In this document: positions 20,213-20,934 of the stretch, piece after piece | Numbering within the stretch: the stretch's first letter is position 1 | Layout: every line of letters starts with the position of its first letter | Source: Octopus sinensis | Lineage: Eukaryota | Direction of reading: 5' to 3' | DNA length: 20,934 bases | Assembly (NCBI RefSeq): GCF_006345805.1 | Contig: NW_021823831.1 | Coordinates: forward strand, 1 to 20,934 | Notes under the pieces: generated by a model | The model's database searches: none | What the model was told of the DNA's origin: nothing | The model's input: only the letters and a program-made list of their open reading frames with translations | Made by a program: the position numbers and the translations under genes

Positions 20213-20881
20213 CCCGGTGATAATGAAGATCAGTCGCACATTAAAATAAAGTGTTCAGATTGCAGTGTTACAAAAAATAAGCAAGGGTGGAAAGGAGGTA
20301 AGAGATTATGCAAAAAAAGAAAAAGAAAAAAGAAAAAAGAGACTCGGGTGGCAGATAAGGACGTTATAATATGAACATATTAAAGTTTCATTAAGAATAA
20401 ATATTAAATACATCAATTAATACAGTATATAATTTTAAAAATAAAAACACTAAGTAGGTGACCTCGCTACTTAAGTAAGTGCAAGAGTCCACAAACAAGG
20501 TTTGGTCCCTGCGTCCAGTGACTCAGCTCCCAGCCTCTAAGGCGTCGTGAAGGCCGTGAAGTACGTTTTGCTTCGGCCATACTAAGAACAGTATCCAGTG
20601 CCTGATGGTTTATTGCCATAGTAAATTATTGTTGTGATTTTCACCCAATAAGCCTAATGTCTGCCTGTCAATGGCTTATCTCTTCTTACCTCTTCATACA
20701 GCTAGCACTTGATGATTTTTGTCGGTTTTACAGAGGCCCATCATCTTCAATCTCATAACCGTAAGCTTCATGTCGTGGGGTGATATACTCTTCGTCGTGT
20801 ATTCATCACCCTTTTTTTTTTATTCAATTATCTGTCAAATCTTGTTTTGTTTCCTCATTTTATTCTTGTTCTTCCTTTACT

Positions 20882-20908
20882 CACTAATTGTCTGCCTTTT
20901 TTTCTCAG
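20882..20908 (+). promoter_or_regulatory. Candidate 3' splice site
   Basis: Branch point CACTAAT (20882-20888), pyrimidine tract and CAG at 20906-20908, preceded by a long T/C-rich stretch. Confidence 0.45.
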
Positions 20909-20934
20909 TGTCCGTTCCTTCCCCGTCGTCGAAT

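Overview
Animal genomic DNA that is almost entirely repeats; no prokaryotic genes, rRNA, tRNA genes or CRISPR. The SINE families and the microsatellite density suggest a cephalopod, probably Octopus (inference). Mobile content: tRNA-derived SINEs of two families, non-autonomous Helitrons, mariner and hAT remnants, an RTE-like 3' fragment, and a cluster of (AAT)n-associated elements. That cluster comprises a near-intact ~4.2 kb R4/Dong-clade RT+RLE retrotransposon, a truncated copy of a second Dong family, and a ~553 bp ORF-less element. The most striking unexplained structure is a 382 bp near-perfect palindrome (4779-5160) whose arms each encode a complete type I hammerhead ribozyme pointing outward. 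A second, degenerate minimal hammerhead lies at 9492-9526. Host-gene signals are weak: a promoter-like island with a candidate first coding exon on the minus strand (2551-2730), and a candidate plus-strand exon (15104-15181) with a strong downstream acceptor at 20908. All calls were made by eye, with no database search.
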